From positions 62,001-126,000 of the forward strand of contig JAHLTZ010000027.1 of the NCBI GenBank assembly GCA_025786725.1: a stretch of DNA of 64,000 nt. Direction: 5' to 3'. Of the stretch, positions 1 through 13,023 are shown piece by piece. The DNA comes from Syncephalis fuscata S228. Lineage: Eukaryota; Fungi; Zoopagomycota. The notes beneath the pieces were generated by a model. That model made no database searches and was not told the origin of the DNA. It saw only the letters and a list, made by a program, of their open reading frames with translations. Every line of letters begins with the position of its first letter. Position 1 is the first letter of the stretch. Made by a program: the position numbers and the translations under genes.

Positions 1-1132
1 TCACCATTGCTTTTACCAGCTTGTTCAGATCGTTCACATCGAATAGTAATGGTGCCTTCCGATGAAGATGGTGTGGGTGCAGTGGTAGAAGCTGTAGCCA
101 TAGATATATCACTGTTATCTGTTGGCACAGTCGTTGTTTCATCTGAAACAGTCTCCATGGCCATTTGTGAAGATGGTGACGACATTAAAGATGGTGTGGC
201 AGTTGTGGTCATTGGCCGTTCAGGCGTAGGTGAGCTTGGCGGGTCCCTCGACAACGGAGCATTTGAGGATTCTTTGGCAGCAACTGCACGCCGCGCCTCA
301 TCCGGTGAAAGTACCCGATAAAAGTGGTAAGAAATGGTATAAAGTTCCTCAGGTACTGTCAAATCATCTTGACATAAATCCGTCAAATCTATACCGACAT
401 CTTTTGTGCCCCAACTTTGGGCGAGTGTAAGAATTCGATCTTGGCTAATAGTAAAATTATGTCGATAAGAGCGTTGTGTGCTAATACGTTGTGCTTGTCG
501 TAAAGCCACCCATAAACAAGCTTCTAACACAGTTTCATCATTGGTGTTAAGCAGTGCATTAAGATACTATAATAATAAATATAAATATAATAATAAATAT
601 AATAATAAATATAATTAGTTTCAATAATGATTATTATGATTTATTATCGTCATCCATGGATGATCGACTCGCCTATTGCTTACCTCATAGGAATTGTAAA
701 TGTTACGATTTGTACAATTCTCAACCAACAAACGAGAGAATCTTAGAATGCCTACAATAAGGCGCTTTTCATCCAATGTAAATGATTGAGATTGCAGTGC
801 TTTATCAAGATTATACTGCTTTACAATACGTTCTAAAATAGTATCAAATCGGTCAAGAACGACTACCCAATGGAACATATCTCCACGAGGCAGTGTCCAA
901 CTCGTCAGTCCTTCTAGCCGGCTGGTTAGATCGGGCTCTGACAATTCATGTAGTTGCGCGATCACGGCCGCAATAGATGCCACCTAATAAAAGTATGGGC
1001 CAGTGTTAACATTGACTTGTGATTCTGTACAATGTCGTCATCGGTCCGAATATAATATTCGTAGACTCATCTCATCACTATCAAACTTACCGGAGGCGCT
1101 AACCGCCGCGGAGCAGCCTTGGCTACCTTCAT
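1..1132 (-). CDS. TOM1: HECT E3 ubiquitin ligase TOM1/HUWE1, 5' portion (runs off the window)
   Basis: Exon 1 1091-1132 (MKVAKAAPRRLAPP, GTAAGT donor) and exon 2 ~684-983 encoding WTLPRGDMFHWVVVLDRFDTILE...ILRFSRLLVENCTNRNIYNSYE, the characteristic HUWE1/Tom1 N-terminal (DUF908) motif. A third exon starts near 566 and continues past base 1. Confidence 0.88.
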
Positions 1133-1536
1133 AGCGTCGTCGACAACACGACCTACTCTGCTTTGCGTTGAATACTATATTCAAACGTATACTAGGAAAT
1201 CGATCGCACTTGTATGAGAAACAAACGAGCGACAATGATGCTAAGCTGTACAATGGATAGAACGCGTGTGTTTATAGATCGTACACTCCAATACAGTTAT
1301 TCAATAGTGTTCTGACAGTAATAGTGGTGATGTATGTCCTAGTTACAATAAAGAAGAGATGTGGTGTGATTTTCTGTAAAGTGGACGAAAAGATAAAGAT
1401 GTTCTGTGTGTTTGTGCGTGTGTGTGAATGAATAAATGTGATTAAATATTTGTAAGTGGGGCGAATCAATCTAATTAATACATAATTATATTATTAACAG
1501 TGAAAATAGTAATACCAATTATGATGACTATACAGT

Positions 1537-2216
1537 AGGAGAATTTCAAAAATACACCGTATTTAAAATTTATCTTACCAAAATACACAATTTTGAAGAA
1601 AATAAAATACTATTAATAACAGATGGCTTTAACTTATAACAATAACTCAAATTAACATATTTATAACAAAAGTCGCAATTGTGTAAATACTGATAATAAG
1701 CTAAGTGGACTGGATTATAAAGTCATTTAGCCTATTATTTGAGAAACAGTATTATGTATTTATAATACTGTTAAAGCTTTACTAAAGTTACAAAGCTAAA
1801 AATCCCTGATGGAAAAAATGTTAATTAAAATAAATGCAACGGATTTTAATTTAAACTTTGTTTATTTACATAATTTAGTTCATTATATTAATAGTAACAG
1901 TAGTACCAATCTTATTTTATTTGTTAAAAGTCTTTTAGCAATATACTTGTGGTAAATGCAACTCAAGAAATACAATACAAAAACATATTCTGTAAAAATT
2001 AGCATTAATAATATTGAAACAGACGTTTTTATTGAAAAGTAAATACAAGCTACTAATGAAACAGCTATCACGAAAAGAAAGCGTGTCATTAAAGAGTGTT
2101 CAAACTGTAATGAACGTCATTATATGAAAACGAAATGCAGTTACAAAAATGATCTAAGTAATAGATATTTATTAAAATTTAAAAATAAAAAACGGTGTAT
2201 TTTTAAGAATTCTCCT
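1537..2216. mobile_element. Internally deleted DNA transposon / MITE with ~24-bp terminal inverted repeats
   Basis: Left end AGGAGAATTTCAAAAATACACCGT (1537-1560) and right end ACGGTGTATTTTTAAGAATTCTCCT (2192-2216) are near-perfect inverted repeats. The interior (+ strand ~2067-2150) encodes KRKRVIKECSNCNERHYMKTKC, a CxxC-H-C knuckle like a transposase C-terminus. No target-site duplication is visible. Confidence 0.65.
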
Positions 2217-2264
2217 TTTATTTAACTTTATCTAATTATTTAACTATTGACTACTAACAAAGGA

Positions 2265-4222
2265 ATGTCGTTGTCTGGACTATTAGTATTACGTAACGGG
2301 AGGGGGCGGTGGGCGGTTGGTATGACTAGTCGTCATTGCTATAAAGTAATGCGTCAATTAACTATTTATAATATAAAGCAACAACAACAGCAATTAAAAA
2401 TAGCTCAGTTTCATACTAGCAGTAGTTATAACTATCAGCATCGATATAAATCGATAAGAAAGTCAGTGGCAAACAATAATTCTGAACGAGAACAACCAAC
2501 GACATCTACTCGTTATCCTACAAAAGCGATAGCTACAGATTTTAAGGTAAATAAACAGCATCATTTAGACATTTTAGCCAACTAATTAATTCTATAACTG
2601 TTAATTCTATCGCTACTATTACTCTTCTATTAGACACTTGGTGTGCCAACTCGTTTACAGACGGCATTAAAAGAAGAGTTTGGTATAGAAACGCCCACAG
2701 CTGTACAACAGCAATTAATACCAGCAGTTATATCGCCATATGAAGATGTATTAATACGCGCCGAAACAGGTAGTGGGAAAAGTTTTGCCATGTTACTCGC
2801 CCTCCTTAGCCGGCGTGACTCACCACTTGCCTTCCAAGCAGCAATAGACGGCGACCGCGACAACACCACCAAGCGTTATAACGAGGGCAAGAATAAGCAA
2901 AATATAAAAGCGATCCATCTTTTTGCCGTTCCAAGTCGTGAATTAGCCGGCCAACTTATGGACTGGACACAGCGACTAGTAGAGAAAACACTAAAGAAAC
3001 ACTGGGATCCACGTGCATTTGACTCACTTGTCCAATTAGCCATTCCAAATGCTGATAAAAAGGATATACCTATGGCTAATGTAGATATTAAGGATGGTAT
3101 CAATAATAATGATAACCCCACTACAACTACGTTATCGTCGATCACCACACCACCAATAGATCTTTCATTACCATGGCTACTCATTGGTACACCTGCATGT
3201 TTACATGAACGATTGGCGTCTTTTTTAGCTCACAAATCAAATGATAAAGCAGTAATGCAAGTAAAAACATTTATTCTTGATGAAGTTGACCATTTACTTC
3301 GATTACCACGAAAATATGCACCATTACGTGAACAAATGAACCGACAACGTCATCCTAAACCAGGTGAACTATTGGCCCGTGCTGTATTTGACATTTCAAC
3401 CAGTAATACAGCTAATCAACCAGCTAAACCACAGCTTATTGCTTGCTCCGCTACAATGAATAGAGCAATTCGCCATTATTTCAAAATAAATGGCTGGACA
3501 TTGACGACAACAAGACTTATTGACACTTCGCCGTCAATATCAAAAGCATTAATATCGGAAACAACAGCATTACCAATGTCAACAACATCAACGAAAGAGC
3601 AGGGAATGCAAGGTGGTGGGATTGCATTTCCTAAACAATTAAAACATTATTGTCTATTAGTTAACAAAGCAACAATTCGTAATTTGCCAGACTCAAAAAA
3701 TGACTACGAACAATTAAAAATACCAAATACATCAGCAGCATTAGAAAATAACACTGATGATCAAATACTTGAAGCAGTATTAACAGCATCAGAGCTTGAC
3801 GGTGCCGGTACAGTTTTGGTATTTATTCCATCGACAGCAAGTGTGGCGGCAGTTGTTAAACGGCTACGCGACTTTGGTGCACCAGCTGAGCCATTAACAA
3901 CAGCCGTGCTAACTAATGAACATCGATCGGCTTCTTCTTCTTCTTCTAATACTACAGATACTACTAATACACCACTACGCTTACTTGTTACTACAGAAGC
4001 AATGGGTCGTGGACTTGATTTACCCGCCATGACTCATGTGTTCATTCTTGGTGTACCATCAAGTTCTGCTGCTTATCTTCATATGGCTGGTCGTACAGCT
4101 CGTATGGGACGCCTGGTGTTGCTATTACGCTATTGCCAGATACAAGAAATAGTATTGCACGTATGCATAATATGGCACAACTTATTCAGCTTGAATGGAC
4201 CTCATTCTCGCATGTTGAATAG
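2265..4222 (+). CDS. DEAD-box RNA helicase, probably mitochondrial
   Basis: ATG 2265 with a basic presequence-like N-terminus; intron 2547-2633. Motifs: Q (PTAVQ), I (AETGSGKS), Ia (VPSRELA), II (DEVD), III (SAT), V (GRGLD), VI (HMAGRTARMG). A 1-nt deletion near 4112 hides the natural C-terminus RPGVAITLLPD...HVE* (stop at 4220-4222). Confidence 0.88.
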
Positions 4223-4240
4223 ATTTGAAGTTAATAAATT

Positions 4241-5191
4241 TGAGTTTTATAATTATTATATCATCACATTTATTGTTTTATTTTGATGGTTAAATGACTG
4301 TATTTAGTAATATATAATCTATTGAACATGATGATGGATGGTGAGTGACATCAGTCATCAAATACTCATTATTATAGATTTATTATCTAGTATGCATATA
4401 TCATTACATTATGTGTTATTACTATTTATATCCGTTACTTTGTTTGATTGGCATTAAAATCATAACTAATTGACATGATCTAGTTTATTTATAAATAATC
4501 TTAATAAAACATAACTCTGTTCATATTCATATTATTTGTTATACCAATATAACTCAGTGAACAAACTAAGTGCGATATGTCAATTTTATTAATAAAATAG
4601 TTGGAGCCACACCGACAACGACTATAGACAGCGTATAGCCAATATACAATAAGATGCTAAACATTATAATGAATACGCAATATTGAGCGAGATTAGCAAT
4701 GTTAAAGTTATTGAGCATATATGCATAAGCAGATGACCGACATTAGTCGACATTTGCTAATAATAAAGCTAGAACAAAAATAAAAGTAGCATTGGATAGC
4801 AAAAGGCTAAGTGAGTATAGAATGATATATAGAATGATAAATGTATGGTAAGAAAGCATATAAAACGATGTTAAAGTTATAGTGCATATAGCGCAATGAG
4901 TGGAATGAGTGGAATCTATTGCTGCATATAAACAATAAAATGAGTCTAATATATTGTATAATGTTATATAGTAGTATAGAATAGAATGGGAATGATATAG
5001 GTGAATAAAGGATATATATATATATACTGAATATATGCATACTGGATAACGAATCTATGATGACGAGTATTTGATGACTGATGTCACTCACCACCCATCA
5101 TCATGTTCAATAGATTGGGCGTTATTAAATATTAGTCATTTGTCCCCAAAAAAGCAATAAGTGTGATGATGTGATGATTAAATAAAACTCA
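4241..5191. repeat. Long imperfect inverted repeat (~160-bp arms, ~620-bp spacer), foldback/MITE-like
   Basis: 4241-4403 matches the reverse complement of 5028-5191 (shared core CTATTGAACATGATGATGGRTGGTGAGTGACATCAGTCATCAAATACTC). A partial direct copy of the right arm lies at ~5203-5272. Confidence 0.85.
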
Positions 5192-6095
5192 CCACTTGTC
5201 CCCATGTTCAATAGATTGAATGTGTAGTTCAACTACGCGAATGTTATTAAATTTAGTCATTTGGCACCAAATTACATTAATTTATTAATAATGTAATAGA
5301 CACAACAGGGCTAAGACAGTTAGTTAAATAAATCAACAAACTCACTATTACTGATCCATTCAATATAGTCATTATTAATAATAATGCACAACACTAGTTA
5401 GTTTACATGTATCATTCAGATGTATTGGTTATATCAATATTTTTATGGTGTTATAATAGTATTCACATAATAATAATGTTGTTGAATTGCTTCTACAACA
5501 TATAATGGGAATAAAGTTAAATAGCTAATGAGAAAAGCGAAAGAGAATAGCCAGAACATGCATAAACACACTTGGAGAATAACACAGAATGAAAAGAGAT
5601 AAAAATGCTGGCACAAACCAATTCATTGACGGCAAAGAAGCGACCACCTATGTAAAAAGACGTGTGGCCAAACTCCAATACGGCAAACGAGACGTGATTA
5701 AAAAGCATGTATATAAGAATAGAGCGTGTAAAACGGCGTTCATAGACGCACACCAAAACAAAGATGTGGGCACAGCCGTAAGCAGCGATAAGAATTAAGC
5801 TGCAATAAAATGCGAATAATGATATCAAAAACAGCAATAGGCGAGAGGGAGGGAAGAGAGAAGATAGAAGAGGAGATAGAAAAGAGAGAAAGTATGTATA
5901 TGCATATACGTATGCGTATACAACAACATACAGCAACACAACTATCTACCTACGTACAGTTGATCTATGTTCTTATAGCTACTTGCTTCTCTATAGGCAA
6001 ACAAGTAGAAGAAAGTGTGTGTGTGCATGCGTGTATGATGCATGTATAGCCATGTATATATGCATCCACGGCCAATATTAAACGACAAGTGTCGT

Positions 6096-9000
6096 TTAGA
6101 TGATATCGGCGAATGGCTGGAACGACATCTGGCGCGGCGATGGTTCGGCGCTGCCATAGTGCATCAAGTCATCCTGGTCACGTTGATGACGACGCGGTGG
6201 GAAGTTCAAGCGACGTGGACTTGGTAACTCGTTGATCGACTCGTTACTGGAGCTGGTCAAGCGAGTGGTGACACGTGGATTGGGCATTGGGAATGGCTCC
6301 TCAAGACCGCGGAGTGGGCCATAGCTGTAAAAGATCTTTGGACGATAGGTGGCGTCCTTCTCCATGACACTCGAGTTACGGAACTTGTCAATCAAGCTCT
6401 GCTTGCCTTGGATGTTGGCATAGGAAACGCGGCAAATCTTGTCAGAGTTGAAGCGGTTCCAGCGACGGCCAACGTGGTGCATCGCAAAGCTGATGACTGA
6501 ACGAGGGTCGATGAAGTTAATAAAAGCATATCCGACATTACAATGGTTGCGGAAGTCCATGCGTAAATACAAGAAGTCGTATTGACCTCGGTGAGTTTCA
6601 TTGATGGTATCAATGAGCATCTTCTGGGTATATTTGTTAGGAATATTACGGATCATGAAAGTAGTACGTAAATCAAGACCACGGGCAATGTGCCATAGAC
6701 ACAACTCGTTGCCAGAAGGGATTGGGCCATCGCGGCCAAAGCCTTTAGGCATGGGTAGATTCAAGTTGGGCTGCACGTTTGATTGACGCATTGGATCTGG
6801 CGTTGGATTGTTAGCGGCAGCGGCAGCAGCTTTGGCAGCAGCATTGAAGTAAACTTCAGTGAAGGCGGATAGCTGGTCTTGGTTCATATTGCCTTGGTCG
6901 TTGCTATTAGGAGACGTGACGTTATTGGAGGTGGCGCTTGCGCTCGTGCTAATGTTATTGTTGCTAGTATTGTTGTTGCTAAAGAATTGCGGTGGCTGCC
7001 AGTTGAATTTATTTGGCGACAATGGACTGACGGGGCTGTTGGCGTTATCGGTGGCGTAGGAAGAAGTGCGAGAGAGGGCGGACAGAGGCGTCTGTGGGCT
7101 AGTTGGGGAAGTAGGTTGCTGAAGTGGATAGGGCCATTCAGCTAGATAATAAATCACCCTCAAGCGGCTTCCCTATAAATCAAAAGAAAATTGGATGTAG
7201 CACAATTTAAAACAACATGTGGTAAAGGACAGAATAGAAGGGAACAACACACGTGTTGATAGTAAGCGAGGCAATGAGGCGAAAACATTAGTCAAGGGTC
7301 GTAATACAATAGGGAAAACATTTTGCTTACCTGAAACGTTGAGCCATCGAGAAATTCCTTGGCAGCAGCAGCACCGCGAACGTCGAAATATTCAGCAACA
7401 ATGACCGATTGATTGCCACGTTCCCGTAGCATAACCTCACACATGAAACGGACATGACCAAAAGATGCCAGCAAAACCTATAAAAGTCAAAACAGCAAAA
7501 GATAAGAACGAGGCCTTTGCCCATATCGAGAATATATGCCTACCTGGAGACGATGCAAGTCATCGTTGCGCTCGTAGCCAGAAACGCAAATGATACCGTT
7601 ATTATCGCTCATGTTGATGATGTTGTTGTTGTTATTATTATTATAACTAGACTGTAAAAAAAGGCAAAAGATTAAAGACAAGCGGGAAAAAGATCACAAG
7701 GACGAAAACTGATGGCGCACTAGAAAACAAAGCTGTAAGAAGTAATAGGCAAAAAGACGCAAGGTGTAAGGGCGTAGAAACAACAAGTAGTAGGTAGTGT
7801 ACTAGTGGTGGTAATAGTGGTAATAGTAGTAGTAGTAGTAGTAAGTAAGTAACGGTAGTAGTGGCAATAGTATTGAATGTAGTAAGTAACGAACAAGTAA
7901 GTAAGTAGCGACACGTAGAGAATGTAGGTAAAAGCACAGACTTGGATTGAAGTGCTTCGCTTTGGCAAGATATTGCTAGGCATATATAGCAAATGAATAG
8001 CATCTAGACCATACAATACCAAAGTTCATCCTTAGCACAGCCTGATACACGCGCCTGCTTGTGAACCGGTAGGTTGTAACAGTGTGGCAGCAACGGCGCT
8101 GTAGCCACAGCGGCTAGGCAAGTCTGCATGTCATGCGGTCCGCGTGAGAGGGCGGCCTTGCCTTCACACGCGCGCCACGCAATCAATCAAAAAATGGAAA
8201 TGTCCATGTGTTCAAATGTACGCGCGGTGGTACAAAATAAAATCAGTCCACTGTGAAATGAATCGCATGTTACTATAGCACTATTGTAACAACAATGGTG
8301 GTCACTTGGCTAACGAAAAAGGAACGGGGCAGACTGAGAATAAAGATGGTAGCGCAAATGGAGGATGAGGAAAGGCCAGTGACCAAGTGCAATGTGCGTG
8401 CAAGCATCTGCGTGCTTTGGCATGCATCTGCTTGGACTGTGACTACTATTCAGCAATAAGTAGCAATATTACACCCCGCATGGTGGCGGTTACCACTATT
8501 ACTACTACACTATTACCATTATTGTTGTTATGGTGATTATGATCATTATTTTTGTTATAATCAATACACCGTACAAAAGCCCGCTAAAAACAATAAAGAA
8601 AAGAACAAAGGCCAGTACTATGACTTACCTTGCCCAGTGAAACAGCGATAGGTGATTCGGCTGCTTGGACACCGTTTGGTGTAAATTGTATTGAATTTTT
8701 CTGGCCATATGCAGTATCACTTGTCAATGAATTGGTCGGTGACGCATGATTATCGCCACCGCCGCAATCATAACACTGAATACTGCTGTGGCCATTATTA
8801 TTATCAGCAATATCAATAAACGCACTATTCACAGGAGTTGGTGAAAAATTAAGATTGCTCATGGCTATGATAGTATCGTCCACATGTAGTGCCTAAATTG
8901 GAAGCGTGACACAGAACATGAGCATGGACCCTACGCTAAATGCCATATAATAGTGGCAACAACGGCGATAATGGTCTGAATCAAAACCATAGTAGAATAC

Positions 9001-9467
9001 TAACCGCATGATCGATCCACGAGCAGTAATAGGACAGGTTGCTGTGGACGAGCAGGCTTTCATCGACACAAGATGAATTTAGATTCGGGTGCTCGTCGCT
9101 TGAAAATTGAGTGCCCGTCCAACAGGCACGGTTGCTTGTCGCATCAAAGTTGGGCAAGGTGTGTGGCTGTACGCATACAATCGTTAGTATGGCGTGACAC
9201 AGCGAGCCCGGAATAGAAATTGACCCGCCTTGAACGTCTACAACGTGCCAGTCACAGCGACATGTCATTGACACTTACTTGGTTTGACGTCATGCTGGCT
9301 TGTAAAGGCCAGACATGGTTGGCGACGGCGCTAATAACAGGCACCGATGCACCTGGCCAGCATTGTTTTTCCATGTCACCGATTGTGGCACTGCTGCCGC
9401 TGCCATTGCTGTCGATGTTGGTCGGCAGTAGAGCAAAGGGACGCTGAAAAGAACCGGTCGATGCCAT
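6096..9467 (-). CDS. mei2: Mei2-like RRM RNA-binding protein (C-terminal RRM_2 domain)
   Basis: Exons 9279-9467, 8629-8892, 7544-7651, 7331-7477 and 6096-7172 splice in frame at GT-AG sites. The C-terminal domain DLRTTFMIRNIPNKYTQKML...YDFLYLRMDFRNHCNVGYAFINF...WNRFNSDKICRVSYANIQGK...KFRNSSVM is the Mei2/AML RRM3 signature. An upstream RRM remnant reads VAEYFDVRGA. Confidence 0.85.
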
Positions 9468-10436
9468 AGCGTATAGATGTAGTTAGTGTCGGTGCAGTTA
9501 GATACCATGTGCTCAAGTATCAACGAGCTTAGATGGATAGAAGGAGCGGAAATAAAGTGCATAGACTTGGAAAACTAGTAATTTTATTTGCTATATGCAC
9601 CTTGCGAATATACTGACGACATTCACTTTACACCAATGGCTTATTCGTTGGCTATAGTCTACTTACGACGCAGATAGGTTATACAAAAATTGTTGTTCAC
9701 ATGTCCTTGTGCATTATTTGTTCGGCGGTAAGCCTGCATATGTGATTATGCAACACAAAGGCGGCTTTAGATTGTTGTACATTGTATTTGGCAAATACAG
9801 TGCAAAATGACCAACAATCAAATTGCCGTCATTAATTATTCTCAATGAAATAGCGCTGCCTTAGAGGCTAAAAGCTATTGTAAATGTCAAATTGGTTCAA
9901 ACGGCCTTGACTAGAGTACCTCATTGGTAGTTGTTTTTTATCTACTTTACTTTTTAGCATTACAAATACTAGTTGATGCAAGTACGGCTTAATGTTTGAA
10001 CTATTAATAATTCTTTAAACAAAAAAATGATAAACACATGAAAACTGACAGGTTTTTTGTTGTTACTTTTTTGCTTGCGTACGATTGCCCCAAAAGAAAT
10101 GCGTGGATGGCTTGTATCGCTGCAGCTGCCATCTAATCAGCCACTGAGTACTGATGGATAGGCTTGTTGTGCAGCTGACTGTTCAAGTCGGATACAGGTT
10201 ATGTTTTAACTAACTAATCGTTATTATTGGTTATAATTTATTGGTACTTTGTCAAGGCAATACTAATTAATAATAGATTAAAAGCAAAATTGCTAAACAT
10301 CACAATGATTTAATGGAGCAAATAGTTATGGCAACTCATTAACATATTATTTATCTGCGATCAACAAAGACAAACAAAATATAATATTATAATACGTTTA
10401 ATACTTTAGAATCAAAGGAATAAACAGTTTATTCAA

Positions 10437-11647
10437 CTAATCGATAGTGCCATTAATATGCTCAAGAATAGTTTGACAATACTGTTTAAACTCTTGTAGG
10501 CTAATATCATGCCCACAGCCTTTGAATACTCTTAATGGAGCACAAGTCACTTTTGAAATATATTCAGCGTTGAAAGGTAGAATCAATTGATCCACATCAC
10601 CAGTACAAACTAGCGTGTTGATTTTACTTTTCCGAATTATATGTAGCTGCTTTTTTGTGATACGCCCAGTGCTAGCGGCGTGAAATTGTCCTCTGACTCC
10701 TTCCATAAGTCTTTCTTGTTGGGCTGGACTTTGTTTCGGCAGGCTCTATTATTGCAATAATAATGTTATTAAATATATATTGCCATTGTAAAAATCAACG
10801 TACAGCTTTTATTAAAGCATAGTTTGTCATTTCTGACTTGTTTTTTGATGGTTCACTCAACCATTTCTAAATAAACAGTATTAAAACATAGTAGCTTGCA
10901 TGATTGCTTACCTCTGGAAATACTAGGAAAATCATTCTTTCAAAAAACTCGTCAAAGCACAATCCCACTGCTTCTTTCAAGCGATTTAGCGATGGCTTGT
11001 TCTAATTATCAAAAATATCATTAAAGCAGTGGTAGTATTGGTATAATTAAATATCAGTGGTCATGACTTACTAGTGGATCGCCAGGATTTGCAAAAGTGC
11101 TTGTCAGGCACAAGCTTGAAAAGTATGCTGGATGCAAGCTAGCCAACTCTTGTGCAATATAGCCGCCTAGACTGACGCCAAAAAGATGGACATTTGATTT
11201 CCATCCCAAATGGTCCAGCAGTTCTGCAGTATCATTGGCCAGATCTACAACGCTAAATTGCCATTAGTGCAGTCATAATCTAGTTGTACGATATTGCAAG
11301 TTACGTATGAGGCTGGGTGGAAATATCTTTGGGGTATTGGTTAACAAAGCTGTCATAGTCTCATAAATAGAATCACCTGAATCGCCCATGCCGCGATTAT
11401 CAAAAATGCATGCCTGGCAATCATGCCGCGCTAGGAATAGTGCTTGAGGGCGCCATGCTATACGTGTGCTGCCAAGGCCTGGTTGACTCATTAATATTTG
11501 TGCGCTGTGTCATAGATATATAACAATATACTTGCCACAAATAAAAAGTACACGACGATTACCAGTGCCATGAATCTCATAGAAAATATTCAAAGGTTGC
11601 GATAATCTTCCAGCGCCAACTTGAAGCACACGAGCATTGTTTAGCAT
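10437..11647 (-). CDS. Alpha/beta-fold hydrolase
   Basis: Multi-exon gene: FYEIHGTG...FICGLG (oxyanion), FDNRGMGDS, nucleophile elbow HLFGVSLGG, acid GDVD and catalytic His in GCGHD. The first intron has a GC donor at 11534-11535. Confidence 0.85.
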
Positions 11648-13023
11648 ATTTAAAATTCAGGTAGAATAGATGACAGCTGTGCAACACAATCAAACTAAAC
11701 ACTAGAGCAGATACGATTCAAACAAAACAATTTACAGACAGTATGTTGGCAAGAGAAATGAGAATGAGAATATAATGCTACTTTAAAGCAGTTTTCATAC
11801 TAAGTAATTGCTTAGCAGTTAATTAAGCGCAATATTTCACACGACTATATTGCTCCGGTGTAGCTATACTCAAATAATGCATCGTTTAGCACTATTATGT
11901 TGCGATATTATTTTGTTGTCATTTTGCCAGCACTGTACAAGGAAATCAGCTTTTTAGTAATTTCACCTGCCATATGAGCAATAAGATAGCTAGTATTGTG
12001 CACAAACATTGTAAATATTCATCATAAATAATTTAAGGCGACAGAAACAATAATAAATATTCAATATGAATACAAGGTAAGTTGAATACTCAGTTATTTA
12101 CAGTAAAAAACAAATATTTACGACGACAATTATAGTGCTTTAAAACTATAATAATAACAATTTCATCTAAAAACACAATATTTATTTGTTTTGATAAGCC
12201 AAGTTCTTTAATGTGATAATGTTGTTTTAACAAATACCAACTATTGCTGTTATGTAAAGATCATGCGATAAGGCAAAATGATGCTCAGAATTGTAATGTC
12301 TTTATTGCTGGAAAAAGCACACTGGTTCTGTATCCGTTTTCTAACTGCATACCAAATACTAGCTAATCCACTTCTACGATTTCTAACGTATAAAAATCAC
12401 ATAATTTATAATGATCATATTTGGTAATGCAAACATCAAACATTCAACTCGAATAGCCTATTGAATTATCAGAATTGCTACAATCAAGATTACTGCGACG
12501 ATTAGCTTGTAGTAGCTGTACCTTGACTGAAATGCAGCTCCATATTCTATTAGCATATACTTTGTTAAAAATATATTACTTTGATTACACTACCAATACG
12601 TTTTCTCTATTCTCTTATCGCTTAATCATCATTTATAATATCCAATATTCAAAGCTGCAATAATATAGTTTTGGCATTGATACGAATGACGCGACTATGA
12701 CAATCATCTAAATCATGTTCACTGCAAATATATTAAATTACAGTTTCAAATATAATAAATTTAACAATAGTTTGTTTTTAGTCGTATTCTATTTTAACTT
12801 TTAGATTTAGAAATAAGTGATAAATAACCTATTTTGCCATTGACAATCTGACTAGCTTATTAATTATAATTTACACATAAAACATTAAATTAAATATGTA
12901 TTTGGTCTATATAATTACAGCACTAGCAAGAATGGTTGCTTTACAAGCTAAATAATCAAATGTTAAATACAGCAGTAACTATCTTTATTTATTATTTACA
13001 TTTAAAAGACATGCGCCAATTGA

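Noticed and set aside
4112-4286. Hydrophobic C-terminal tail LVLLLRYC...IITFIVLF on the helicase ORF as a membrane anchor
   Set aside because: Out-of-frame read-through after the 1-nt deletion; the alternative frame gives the expected GRxG-x-AITL ending.
5517-6049. ORFs of 69-140 aa downstream of mei2
   Set aside because: Low-complexity purine/pyrimidine-skewed sequence consistent with the mei2 3' UTR; no domain motifs or splice structure.
7647-8022. Leu- or Thr-rich ORFs in the mei2 intron
   Set aside because: Produced by (CTA)n microsatellite sequence; no coding signature.
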